Origin: Lingula anatina
Taxonomy: Eukaryota; Animalia; Brachiopoda
DNA length: 64,000 bases
Reading direction: 5' to 3'
Assembly (NCBI GenBank): GCA_051362555.1
Contig: CM120644.1
Location: 8,316,954 to 8,380,953, forward strand
Position 1 is the first letter of the stretch. Every line of letters begins with the position of its first letter. This document shows, piece after piece, positions 24,637 to 38,316 of the stretch. A program made the translations under genes and the position numbers. The notes beneath the pieces were generated by a model. It was not told where the DNA came from. It was given only the letters and a program-made list of their open reading frames with translations, and made no database searches.

Positions 24637-25473
24637 CGTACACGGCGCGTACAATGAATATTTGGGTGTGAAAACCCTCCTTACCAATTGAAAAACAATT
24701 CAGGCCAATTTGAATTAAAAAGACGTGATTTTATTTATTACGGTCGAAACCTATTCACCAGAACGCAATTAATCTTAATTTATAAGATCCTTTCTTTGAC
24801 AAACATTAAATTGTGTAAATATCTATGCAAAAGAACAAATAACACGTCATACCCTGGATATCAGTTGCCTTAAAAGACAAAATCATCTTCCTATCCATAT
24901 TTTGTTGGTTGTCGGTCTATTTGACCCTGTGTCCTGGGGAAAAAATCAGGTCTATTAATCAAATGGCCAATGTTCGTCATTTGTTAGTATCTAAGTGTTT
25001 TTGCCAATTCAATTCTACTTTTATATTGTTAGCTGTTTGTGGTAATTAATTAGATTTAAAAAACAAATTATAAATGAAATAAATTATCTATGGGGTTGGT
25101 TGCTATTTGCAAGCAAACGACATTAGTATAGAAATCAATGAATCAATTTCTAATCAATCACAACCCTTGAGCTTTTGAATAGTGTGCGTGAATTGGCGGG
25201 ATCTTTGGGGATTACAAGTTGATCAAGTGAAAGTGGGGATTTCCTTACAAACCACTTTGCAAACGCATGTTTAGAATTGACTATCTTGAGATGAGGAGTA
25301 ACGGGGTTTATTGAAATGTGATTGGCTCGTCGAGATGTAATGTTTGTCGGTAGATTCCATAGCCACCACGAAACCCAGGGTGCAGACTAATAGTATACTT
25401 TGACATTTCTGCACTCGTTATAGACGTGAGAAAGATAACCATCAATATTGCAGGTATTGAATATAGGCAATCT

Positions 25474-25524
<51 letters not shown>

Positions 25525-27149
25525 ACCCATGATTTCGAAATGGTTTCTTTTTTAATAATGGTTTTACTCCGACTTTACTTTGCTCCGTCACATATTAAAC
25601 GTGGTGATCTACAGACTATGATTGTACATTCTTATATTATAAAGACGGTGATGCTTATCAAAGTAGAGAACACAAACATTGAGACAAAAGCACCGAAACC
25701 GTGGATTCCCCATAAAGGGGATATACGTAATTATTTAAATAGAAATTCCGGGTATATTTAGTATTTTGATAATATAGCAAAGTGTTTTCTTCTGTTGCTA
25801 CAAGAAACCAAGCAACTTGAAAAAAACGCACATCCATAATGTGTCACTGACATAACCAACTGCTTAAAATTAGAATGAATTGTCTACATTGTCAACGTAA
25901 CGTGCATGTAACATACCATTAAGGTGTTTAACACCTTCGTTGTGATACATAATAAAACACATTAACACAGCTGCACTAGATGGAAACTTTTAACTATTTT
26001 CTAATCCGTCCCGTAGTGCATAATTTATGATAAATTCCTTATTTATTAATCATCGTTTCAGACATAAGAGCATTCCTCCATCTTGCCACATGATGCTGTG
26101 AATGCACCTTGTGACAAGGAATAGTCTCACCTGATATTTCTGAACATGCAGTAAATCTGTTTTGATCACGTTACAGGTGAATTCGGCTATTCTATTATTT
26201 CACCTCACATTTTTTGAATAAGAGTCAACAAATCTTTCCACAATCTAAATACATTTAGGCATAAGGAGCTTGTTCTCATTTTATGAAAATATCTCAACAA
26301 GTGTTGTTTTTCTGTTGCTACAAGGAACGCAGAGACGTCAAGAGAACGCTAATCACTATTACTTCAAGGACATGAACAACTACTTGAAATTAGAATGAAA
26401 GGTCAATATTGACAATGTGACGTACCAGGAGTATATCATTAAGGTATTTTAGTACGACAGAGCAATTAATGTTAAATGTTTCCTCATTGTGCCAATTAGA
26501 AGAAGGAAGCGTGGCGTTGAGGGCATATACTTAGTTACCTTTGCTTCCGAAGGATTATTTTTACAATAAATTGCTCTCATTGTCATGATAGATAAACCAT
26601 GCTATATGATCTACTGGCCGACAAAGGTGTATAATATTGCAGAAAAATACATTCTGAATATCATGTGACAATGCAATATGTTGAATATATACAACACAGT
26701 CGACTTAAAGGTTTATCTTAAGGCTGGGTCACACTGCGCTTGCGACCTTTTTGCAACCTTTTTGCAACCACAAAATCTGGCGGTCGCTTGCGATCACTTT
26801 GCAAGCTAATTAAGAAGCTGTGGCCAATTTTGATCGGCAAGCAGTCGCAAACCGGGTGCAACAAGGTTGCAGTATGGTATCTGCAATCTACTATAGGCCA
26901 TCTTCAAGTTGTAGGTTACCAGTCGCACACTGTTTGCCGAGCGATACACAACCTGTCTGCAACCACTCGGTGACCGAAAACCGGTTGCAGGACTGTAGCA
27001 ATCGCTTGTCAACTGGTAGCAGCAAGGTCGCTCAGGACATATATGTTGCCAACTTGTGACAGTAGCTGCTTTCCCATAAATTCCCCTCTCAAAAGACAAA
27101 AATGTTGTAGTAAAACGACTCCTTTTCAAAAAGACGGGACTGCTATAAT

Positions 27150-27366
27150 CATTGACTTTGTTTACGTAAGAAGTAAAACGAGTAAAAAAACTCGAAAATA
27201 CTGGGTGAACCCAAGGATTGCAAGACGCCCCTTGTAAGGCGCTTACAAACATTTGATGAAAGAACTTCGACTTGAAAATCAGGAAGTTTTCCTTTCCTTC
27301 CTTAAAATAGAATTAATAATGTTTTGTGAACTTTTGAAAAGACTACACCCTTACCTAACGAAACCA
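27150..27366 (+). pseudogene. Harbinger transposase N-terminal relic
   Basis: RKYWVNPRIARRPL*GAYKHLMKELRLENQEVFLSFLKI...FCELLKRLHPYLTK fits the W-V-x-P-W...G-A-Y..L..EL...F..F.R-M....F..LL N-terminus of Harbinger transposases. No catalytic region follows. Confidence 0.8.
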
Positions 27367-28209
27367 GTGCTGCAATAAAAACATAAACTTGAAAACGTTT
27401 TAATCCTTATTAAACTCATAATACTCCTCAATATTTTCTTGTTCACATACTTGGTCTCTTTGAGGTCGCAAGGCCTGTGCAGTTACGGTCACACTGAACA
27501 AAAAACCTCTTTGCGACTTGCAACTGTCACCGGTTGCAAAAAGGTCGGCGACCGGTTGCAACAACTCGCAAAGTGGTTTCCAAATGAACGCTGGGTTAAT
27601 ATCCGGTTGCGCCGGTTTTCGGTGCAGCACCGATAACCTCCTGGCGACCGAAAAACCTACTTGTGGTATCCAACCGGTTGCTAACAGGTCGCCGACTGCT
27701 TTGCAACTGATTTGCAACCGAATGTGTGGTTTTCCCTTTGTCTTTTTATCCTAGGCGTTTGCCGCTTACAATACAACGTAATTAAATCGTGACAAGTCAT
27801 GCGCATCGTGTACTTTTTACACTCTCACCCTTGTAGTGAGGATACCAAGCACTGGGAAGATGTTAAATTGTTTGTGTTGAAACTACAGACTTGACATTTA
27901 ATATGGAATATTTTTTTCCAAATCATTTTTCATCAGTTTTTTCCTATTTTGCTGACTGATAAATGAAAATAAGGCTTAAAATTGGGTTTTAATAACTTTT
28001 AATTATCCTTTTGATGTCATTGTGTCTTCAGTTAATTAATGGAATTCGCCAGAGAAGCAAACAAAAACACATTGCCTATTCTATGTCATACGACAACAAT
28101 TAAAAGAGATATTTTGGATCTCCATATTTTCCAAATTATTTTCTGTAAAAGAGTTACACGCCTCACAAAGAACCCCCATGTCAGTGTCTAGTCACAGTAA
28201 CGGTCGCTG

Positions 28210-29210
28210 TTACGCTTGACCTCTTCTGTCTGCTACCAGCGCTCTCAAGGGGCAAGGCATTACTTGGGTTAGGTTTTTAGAGTTAAATCTGGAATAACAT
28301 TCCAGGCATCGGTCAAAATCTGTCCTATTTGGTCCAGTTTTGTTGTAGGACATGTAGGTCATTGATTCGGCGAGTAATGGCCTGCCCACATATTGTCTAT
28401 GTGGTTCAAATGTGGCGATTTTGATTACCAAGGTAGCTGCTCATTTCCTTGGTTCTGTAAGTAATCTGCTTTTAAAAGTGCTCTGTGTGTACCGGCAATT
28501 TCACCGTGCAACCTAAAATTGTTCCTAAGGTGCCCCCTGTCAAATGATAGTCAAGTGGTTCCCAGATTATTCCTTTATTTGATCTTGTTCAGGTTTTCGT
28601 GGATGACCACCATTGGTGTTTTGGCACCAATGTGGTATCCGCTCCAATTACCGACGCTGTTAATGAACTAAGTCACTTTAAACGCGGCACACGCTTAGTT
28701 GTTGGCCTCTTCTGGATGTCTGTAAATTCTGTTTTGACAAGTTGAGCGGTATAGGTGAAAACTGACCTCAATATAGAAAGCCACGAGTTTTCAGTGTTCA
28801 ACTCAGAAACAGTCAAGGTCCCCAATTCATTAGAGAAACATACAGCGATGTTTTGCTGTTTACAGTGGGTTCCCCCGAGGTCGTCTGGTATTCTAACCAG
28901 CTAAAACCAGTTTGGTGTTCGCTAAGGGCCTTGAAAAATGCGTTTTGGTGGCAATTTACCCCTCATTCTGAACGGACTGGGTGGTTTTTGTTTAGTTGCA
29001 ACAACATATCCCGACAGACAGTACGTCCTGTACCCTGGTGGTAAGATTTCAATACATTGGGTGTGGTCTCTCTGTAGGTGCATCAGTCTGGACATTACTC
29101 TATAAAACTGTGCGGACCGTTTCGTTTGGCGCAATTATCTGACTGGCAATGCCTGGCTTTTTCGAGCCATTCTGCCACAGATTAACAAATTTGCGGAGCA
29201 GTGCATAGCT
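28210..29210 (-). pseudogene. Degenerate Tc1-family (DD34E) transposase
   Basis: Collinear decayed motifs: EH*KLVAFYIEVSFHLYRS (cf. W..VLFSDESRF), GAKTPMVVIHENLN, LHGEIAGTHRA (cf. QDDNARPH), LPW*SKSPHLNHIDNMW (cf. WPSxSPDLNPIENxW), MPCPLRALVADRRG. Many stops and frameshifts. Confidence 0.8.
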
Positions 29211-32200
29211 CATTTTACACCTTGCAAAACTGACCACTTGCATGCCAAATTTCAAATTCTTCTATGCAGTAGTTACCGACATATGGATACTTTTTTGGAA
29301 GAACCATGCTTTGCCAAAGCCAAGCTTTGACCTGCCCAAAGGAGCACTACCCAATTAAATCACTGCATATTACATAATGCAGCAGCGCAACAAACCTGGA
29401 ATTCAGTGAATTGGAAGTGACACACCTGACTACACACTTCTCCATTCACATATCTTATATGAGATCTGAGTTTTTTGAAAAAAGGATGCATTTTTACTTA
29501 GGCATACATTCGAAACTGAAATATTCCATATTAAATGTCAAGTCTGTATTTTTATTTAAGTCTATTGGACACATTTTACGATTTGTTCAATTATTTGTGG
29601 ATAATTTTGATGTTGAAATTATGTAATTAAATAGCAGTTATACCTTGCTGATTAAATTGCTTTTATTTTCCGTTTTCTCTGCATTCGTGTATTTGTTTCA
29701 TTGTGTATTTGTTTCTCTGACAATATGGCTTTGAAAATTTTTAAATAACATACAGCGATATATAATTGAGGTTTTCGGCATTTAACCTATGATTTTCGCA
29801 AAATGATAAAATAAATAAACGTAGCGTCAAAAAATCTTAAATTGCTTTTATCATCACATTTTTTTTTTTTTTTTTTTGGTTTCGTAGGTGTGAAATACCT
29901 GGTATATGAAAGCCTTAGCAACTGGTATAAAATATTGCCAACAACTGCAATTTATGTTGTTTTTTTTTCTAAAATATTATAATTTGTGACCTTGATATTT
30001 AGAAGGCTTACATAACAAATTATGAAAAAGAATTTGCCCAAATAGACCACCATCCTACGCCTATTTTATTACAGTCGCTTGCAACCTTCCTGCGACATAT
30101 TTTCGAACTCCTGCGATCGGTAAAAGACCTGTTTGCGACCAAGATACTAAAGACCGTCAATCGACCATGAAGTTACAGCTGCAACCTTCTGGCGACCTGC
30201 TGCCGACTACTTGCGATTGGTAAAAAACTTGTAAGCGACCAGTCGACTAAATACGGTCAATCGACCGTGCAGTTGCAAATGGTATGCTACTGGTTATAGC
30301 AACCTACTGACAACCAAGAAGAGACCGATAGGCAACCTTTAGGATACCGATAATTTTCATCTTTAGTCGCACTGGTTGTCGGTGCAGAAAAAATGGCCTT
30401 CGTGTGTCACCGATCGCAGGCGACCTGTTAGCAACCTAATGCGACCACTTTAAAACCTATGGCAACCTCCTTGCGACTGAGGTTGCAAAGAGGTTGCCAA
30501 AAGGTTGCAAGCGCATTGTGACCCAGGCTTTATAGATACACTTCTTCCTTCCAGATGCCAGCTGAGTGATCACACCAATACTATGCACAATGCTTGCTCG
30601 GCACACAAAAATGTACACAAAATTAACCAGAGAAATATATGTTAATTGTTAGTTAATCAATGTGTAGCCCTGGTAGAGGATATATCTGCACAAACATGTA
30701 CTGTAACTGTAACATACACGTTCATTAAACTACGCATCGACAGTATAACTCAAGTATGATGTAAAAGGACATTGATGGACACTCAAAATAAAACACATTT
30801 TGTTTGCGCTAATTTCAGTTAAATCTCATCTTTAATGCACTGTATTTTTCATTGTCTGAAACACATACACTTTTATTATTTGGTCTTCAATGACCAACGC
30901 AATCTCTACATCTGAAAACCATTGAACATACTATATGTCCTCACGCGAGGATTACTGAAGGGTAACTCTTTTTTTGGACACAACTAGCTTAATTATGTAT
31001 TATGAAACTATCTTAAGAAGTCATTTGTGAATCTGTTCTACATGGAACCCAGCAACGGGAAGAGAACGTGCCTCCTTAGTGTTTCATGAATATAGTGTGA
31101 CTACAGCAGCTACTTAAAATTAAAATTATAAGTTTACATTGCCACACTTACGTGCCTGCAGCAAACCATATATTTATTTCAGTATGAAAGACCAATTCAG
31201 ATATCGTTATTCTAAATATTTCCTTGCTGTACCAGTCAGAACAAGGAATTTTCATATCGCAGGCATACAAGTTTAGTAAAGTATTTTTTATTTACAATAT
31301 AATTGCCTTAGTATAATAGCAAGCATGATGTAGCATGCTGGTGTCCATGGTTTATGTAATCAAGCGCACTGCATTAGGGCGACACTTATTTTGATAGGGG
31401 TTTATAGGGGTGTATTGTATGCATTTTGAATAAGATAGAGAGAGAGTTAATTAGTACACATACAGTACAGCACGCGACAACTGTTTTACCTAAAGGCCCT
31501 GATTATTGACCGCACTGTGAATAGGAATTTATTTAAACTGTAGTAGTTGAGAAAATTTCCATTGAACACTGCACAACACAACGGCCTAGTAACATGTTTT
31601 GCAATTCTAGATATAGCTTACGAGAGATAGTAAACCATATATCATTATGGGTAATGTTTTTAGCTGCAGAATGTACTGGCTTTTTCAAAAGTTAAAACTG
31701 ACATTTAACTCATAATTATGCATCTATTGGTTTAATAATAAGCTGTTCATTTTTCTCTGATTGTTATTGTGTGTACTTGTTTTAAACCATTATGCTGTAA
31801 AGATATATTAACTAGATTCTATTTTTTAAATAAACATCGTTTTGATTATAAACCTCAAATTATAACCACATGCCTGGTTATATTAAAATCGTCTATACAT
31901 GTTAAATTTTTCAACTAATCTTTTTAACGCCTTTTTCTACGATTCAATGGGATGATATCATTTTATTATAGTACTGCTATGTAATTTAAAGTGGTCGCAT
32001 CCAGAAATACCTCTACAGGTATATAAATAATGAAAATAATTTGGTGCCAAAAATACAATTTATGTTTGCGTTAAGTATATCAGGGTATATCATATAATAT
32101 TTTAAAAGAAAAATAGTGATTGAACTTCTTCTCTCGAAACGTTTAGATGGATTTATTTCAAAGAAAGGTAGAATTATACAACCTTAATATCTAACATGGT

Positions 32201-32449
32201 GTGTCATCACCTCTTGCATAACATATCATTCCTAATCGCCCGTACTGTGTCTAAAATTTTGCTGATAAATAAGGAAAAACTCAAGTTAAAAATATGTTAC
32301 AAAGGTACATTCAGTGAAACAGGTCAATTAGCATTTCTCAGATATACTTGTTTTTGTTTTGTTTTGTATATGCCATTTAACATGCTGTATGTGTCCCTTC
32401 TAGTTCTTTGTCCCCCTGATGTTGAATGGATACATGAGAGTGAGAAAAG

Positions 32450-34845
32450 TTACGGACACAGAAAACGAACTTCGTAATCGTAGCAATTCTGTCCAGGCGG
32501 CTGGTCGCTGTTGACGCAGGCAAACCCTTCAGAGGGCGTGCACTTCACTCTGATCCTCTGGCCCGTCTGATCCCATGGTTTTTTTGTTACTCTGACGCGA
32601 CACTGGATATCAATGGGTTCTTTGTTGGAACACTTGGAAGAAGAAATATGGCGCTTTTGTTACCATATGTCATATTATTGTTACAGACATGACCAGATGG
32701 CACGGTATTTTAGAAATTGTATGCAGTCTCAACCCCAAAGTTGTTAATGAAAAGTAAACAAAGGTTAAAGTGGCGTTTTCAGGACATGGGAACACAGTGA
32801 ATGTTTCTTTTTTCTATCACGTTTGACAATCTGTCTTTTCTGTCGATACCATCGTGGAATTCTATTTCATCAGACATGTTAATTTTTCTTTGTTATATTG
32901 ATATTTGTACTAATGCACGATTCCTGCAATGAAGCAGTGCAGGAATGCCAGCTTGCCTGTGAGATGACGAGGATATTTTATAAACTGTTCCGAGTTTATA
33001 AATTACTCTTTACTCGATTTGAGCACTATTGTAATGAATCAATTGCATATATTAGTAAATATTTTGATTGTTCTTATGGTCAGTGACAATTTCAAGCAAG
33101 TAAATTTGATAGAGTTATTGTATTATAAAATATGACAAAAAAATTCCACATCTTGTAATCGAGTAATCTGGCCTTTTTTAAGAATCAAAAACAAGAGGTT
33201 GGCATGAAGTCTACTTTTGATCCTTGTTATCGATAGCCAAAGGTAAAGAACACACGAATTTAGATATCAAAAAGGTGCCAATCCAGGAGATATGCTCTCC
33301 CTAAATTTGTCAAAATTTCACCTTTTTTTTAATGTCCAAATAAATACCGAATATCTATTTGAATTTTAAAACTACCACAATATAGTGTAAATTGTGCTCT
33401 ATTTAAACCAGTTTTTCAAGATTTCAAGTTAAGAAATTTAATTCCTACCGGGTTATGTCCCGTTGTCCCCACGTGTTCATAGTCTCCATTGCCGCTTGGG
33501 TTATCTCTGTCTAACCAGGAAGTCCACATTGCGCAAGAGCATGAGCTACAGGTACCTGGAAGGTATAATTAGAAGTCATATATAAAGAGGTGAAATAAGC
33601 TCTGGGATACGCAGTTTACTGTAACTTAATTAGTGCATAGGCCATCGTAGCACATGGGACACACAAATTGTTTGGTACGAAGTAGCAAATGAGCCAGTAC
33701 TAGATCTTAGTCTCAGTGGAACAGCAAAAGATGGAGTGGTTCTATTTGGTGCATTTACTCTGTCCACATTCGACAGTTCGTAAGGCGACTTACATATGCT
33801 TGGGCATTTGAACTGCACTTGGTAGTCCTTGCAGTACTTCCCGTTGACTGAAGTAGTACAGACCAAGCCATTCTCCCAGCTACAGTCATAGTTGGTATTG
33901 TACTTGTCTCCTGTTGCGTAATAATGGAGGTAGCTTACTCTATCGCGGCAGTGAGCGCACATCGGGCGACCACCATTGCAAAGATTGATACCATCATTCT
34001 GAAAAAACGAGAAATAATCTAAAAATAGCTATTGCCTCCAAAAAGGAAAAGGTATACAAAGAGGTTTGGACGACACTGTTACATAAAAATACTCTACAAA
34101 TGTTTGATTTCCAGACCAATGTACCCCCAATTAACCCTTGAGCTGTGTAAAAATACCGACAAGCAATACATGTATAGTTGGCCCCTGCAAATTTTTCTAC
34201 TTATTAAATTTATTGAGTATCGACATTGTGTGAATAGACTATACATGAATACAAAAATGTTAAGATGCAGGCGGCAGCAGCATTAATGACACTTGGGTAA
34301 CCTTACCCTAAAAGCCGCCACGTTCTCCCAGTCGCCGGTGCCACTAGGGTTATCCCTATCTAAATAGCTTGTCCATGTTCCAGCTGAATAATAGAATAGA
34401 GAAAATCAAAATATATAACATCCAGATAACCAATACATGCCGCCATTCCAGGCATAAAAATGACATTTTAAAAAGAATAGTGACGTGGTACCTGTAGTTT
34501 ATGACGCCCTCGTTAAACAATACGTATTTGATATTTTCATTGTAGTGCAAATCTACTTATCAAACAGTCCTTTTAGCACTTACACGTAGTTGGGCACAAG
34601 TATCTTATCTCATAGTCATTGCAGGATAAGTCGGGTTGCTGGGAGTTGACACACGCCAGACCTTTGGTGGGTAGACAGTGAATCGATAATTTATCTGGAG
34701 CTGTCCCATACCAGCGCGTGAACGTATAAACTGATCCCCTCACGCGACACTCTGCCCCGATGGGTTTACATCCGCCACAGACGTAACCTAGTTTCTAAAT
34801 AAATAACACATAATGTATTCAAGTATGTACTTTTCCACAAACTTA

Positions 34846-34881
<36 letters not shown>

Positions 34882-35889
34882 TATTATTTCTTGTCACAAA
34901 TATTTCTAAATTTAAATTTTCTCTTTTGTTTATTGATTTGCTTATTGTGGAGGAGTCCCCACCGAGTGCTCGTCGAGTTATGTCCATGTAATAGTCTTTC
35001 ATCTATTCAACTAACCAGCTGAAATTAGCAGTATTTTTGTCACCTTTTGTTCATACAGAGTCTCATAATCCCCGTTACCACTAGGGTTGTCTCGATCATA
35101 CCAAGTTGTCCAATAGTGACCTGTAAGGATATATATTCTATAATTAACACAAGTAGTATAATACTGAATAGCATTATTCAGATTAAAGTAATTATGCTCT
35201 GAAATAATGCATTGAAAGAGCATTCTTTGTGCACTGAAAAATTTGGCAACATTTTTGACAATAAATCTATCTGGTCCAAAAATTATACATGTTATACAAA
35301 ACATTGTGCCATTTTTCAAGATAACTATATGACGTGTTTCGTTATATTTTATTTTGTCTACAAATGCGGCTTTGCTATAGGGGTAGCATTATCGCTGCAC
35401 ATATTTTACTAATGGCCTTATATTAAGACAAAAAAAACTTGCACATTCCAGTAAAGTCACCCAGTCAACGCTAAATATACATGTTCAGATCTCGGCATCT
35501 TTCCTAAATCAGCAAGACGTATCATATTCAAAACCATTGATATTTATCCACACTCGTACCACAGATACGGACAGGTGAATTTCACTAGTGACAGTAAATA
35601 TTGGAAGTTCAGAACTCCAAGGCGTAAAATTGCCTCAAAGTTTTTGTTCAGATAATATTACGGTAATAAATCTTAAATTGTTGAGATTTTCGAAAAAAAA
35701 TGGATATAATGGTCTAACGCGCATTCTACGACTTATAGCAATAATACTACACTTGTTGTCCATAAACACATGGCATGAAATTATGAAGTTATATATGTAC
35801 ATGAACGGGATAGAAATAATGCGAACCGTCTTACCTTGTATAGAATTTAAAGCCAGCAAACAAGAAAAGACAAATAGCACCGAATTCAT
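32450..35889 (-). CDS. Triple WxxW/CysD-domain secreted protein, copy C (304 aa)
   Basis: Exons: 35889-35835, 35120-35044, 34794-34584, 34383-34307, 33998-33794, 33555-33449, 32632-32450. GT-AG introns, open frame, 915 nt. AATAAA at 32157-32152. Confidence 0.92.
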
Positions 35890-35973
35890 GTTGTACCTGA
35901 AAAATGTCGCAATATTGATGCTGAACGATAATTTTATTATGGTAGATACGTATACTTGTAGATATTATTATTA

Positions 35974-36014
<41 letters not shown>

Positions 36015-36323
36015 CAATACATAACCAAACTTCTTTTTCACTTGTAATTCAGGGTTTACGAAACACCAGTGTATGTTAGCATCATGAGCGAAACATTTTA
36101 TTTCATCTCATTAATTTTTGGCATTTTTTCCATTATAATCGTGATCATATTTATTTTGAGAACTTTTATGTTCAAAAAGAGAACAATAATTTTGTCGAAA
36201 TGTTTATCTTCCACTTGCAATAATCGAAATGAAATATAATTCATGAATAATGTTTTAATAAATACCAATGTCTGTTAATTACCGAAATGTAACGTAAATT
36301 GTTAAAGCTGTCCACTATCTCAC

Positions 36324-36424
36324 CTCTATGGCGCACTCACGCCGAGATTCCAATGAAAGATGAGTTAGGTCTTTGTCTAACAGCGTCTTCTGGCGAATTA
36401 TCTAAGAAAACGCCAATTTATATA
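36324..36424 (-). promoter_or_regulatory. Core promoter and non-coding exon 1 of copy C
   Basis: TATATAAA at 36424-36417; donor GAG|GTGAG at 36323; homologous to B and D. Confidence 0.7.
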
Positions 36425-38101
36425 CGTACACGGTACGTAAGAGATAACTGGATGTAAAACACTCCCTACCAGCTGAAAAACAAGTCGGGCTAATTTAAAT
36501 TAAAAAGTCGTGATTTTATTTATCAGTGTCTAGACCCATTAGTCGGAGCATGATAATTTTAATTTATAATATCCTTTCCTTGACAAACGTTAAACTGTGT
36601 AAATGTCTATGCAAAATACCAAATAGCACGCCATACCCTGGACTTCAGTCGCTTAATGACAGAAAAACATATTCTAATCCATGTTTTGTTGGTTGTGGGT
36701 GTTTTTCAACACTGTGTCCAGGCTAAAAATCAGGTCTATCAATCAAATGACCAATGTTCGTAATTCATTAGCATGTAAATGTCTTTGCCAATTACATTCT
36801 ACCGTTTTATTTACAGTTGTTTGTAGTATTTTGAATAAACATTCAGAAAAAAATCATCAAAAAGTCTGTTGCTATTTGCAAACAAACACATTTTATATAT
36901 AGAGATAAATTAACTATTTCTAATCAATCGCAATCTTTGAACTTTTGAATAGTGTGCGAGAATTGGCGGGAACACTGGAGATCATAAGTTGCGGCTGTAT
37001 ATATATATGATCAAGTCAAGTGGGAATTTATTTGCAAACCACTTTGCAAACACTTATTAGGAACAAGCTCTCTTGAGTTAAGGAAATGTGATTGACTCGT
37101 CGAGATGCGAGGTTTGTCAGTAGATACCAGCTGAATGTTGCAGGGATACCTAAGAAAAAAGATTACCTTCCTCTCAAACGAAACCCAGGGTGCAGCGCTA
37201 ATAGTATACTTTGACATTTGTGTGTTCTTTAAGGACGTAAGAAGAAAACCAATCAATATTGCGGGTATTGAATATACGCTAGCTCACAACAAACTCCAAA
37301 CCGAAGGTTTATTACCCATGATTTCGAAATTGCTTCTTTTTTATTAATGGTTACTCCTGCACTGGCACATATTAATACTGGTGATCTACAGACTATATTT
37401 GTATATCCTTACTTTATAAAGGCGGTAATGCTTACCAAGGTAGTGGATAGAAACATTGAAAAAATAGCGATAGCGATAAAGATATCTAGGTTTATCTAGT
37501 ATTTTGAAAATATACCAACATGTTTTCTTCTGTTGCTACAAGAAACCCAGCAACTTGAAAAAAAAACGCGCATCCATAATGTTTCACTGACATTAACAAC
37601 TACTTGAAATTAGATTAACGACGTAACTTTATGTAACATACCATTAAGGTGTTTAATGCCTTGGGCTTGATTCATAATTAAACGCATTAACACAGCTGCA
37701 CCAGTTGGACTTTTAACTGTTTTCAAATCCGTTGCGTTGTCATGTGCTGTGATATATTTCTTATTTATTAATCACACATCCTTTCAGACATCTTCCATCT
37801 CGCCAGACGGTGCTGTCAATGCACCATGTGACAAGGAACATTCCCAGCTGACCATGCAGTAAATCTGTTTTGCTTCGATTATTTCACCGCACAAATTGTT
37901 TAAGATAAGTCTCAACAAATCTTTGCGAAAACTTAATAGCATATTTTTAACATATAAGTAGTGATCATGCCATTTCTATGCACAATGCTTGCTGGGCACA
38001 CACAAATGTACACAATACTAACCAGAGAAATATATGTGAATGGCAAATTAATCAATGTGTAGACCTGGTAGAGGGTATATCTGAACAAACATGCACTGTA
38101 A

Positions 38102-38316
38102 GGCTGTATTCCCAGAGCTTTTAGATCGATCTATCCCCGCGGGGAGTCTCATCAGATTACTGTCAGATAATCCGGCTAAAATGTTCGTCCCGCCTACTAC
38201 AAGCTGTAAGGGGGTAATTAACTTTCGTGTCCGCCTGGCTGACAGCTATTTAGCGTTAACCCCCAGGGAGTTAGGTCGATCTAAATCAGATCGATTTAAT
38301 CTCTGGAAATGGGGTC
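38102..38316 (-). mobile_element. PIF/Harbinger-type MITE (same family as 10259-10477)
   Basis: TSD TAA. The paralogous empty site CTGTAACTGTAAC at ~30701-30713 supports the insertion. Confidence 0.9.

Larger units (their letters stand above)
26721..30529 (+). mobile_element. Internally deleted PIF/Harbinger transposon with nested insertions
   Basis: TIR AGGCTGGGTCACACTGCGCTTGCGACC matches the right end at 24/27. TSD TTA (26718-26720, 30530-30532). Subterminal GGTTGCA/GCGACC repeats. The paralogous site at ~47070 is empty. Confidence 0.9.

Noticed and set aside
25426-25761. Poly-Lys ORF
   Set aside because: It is a poly-A tract in a promoter spacer and is absent from the paralogous spacers.
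26740-27754. Several overlapping 65-148-aa ORFs
   Set aside because: They come from Harbinger subterminal repeats. Only the 27150-27366 segment resembles a protein.
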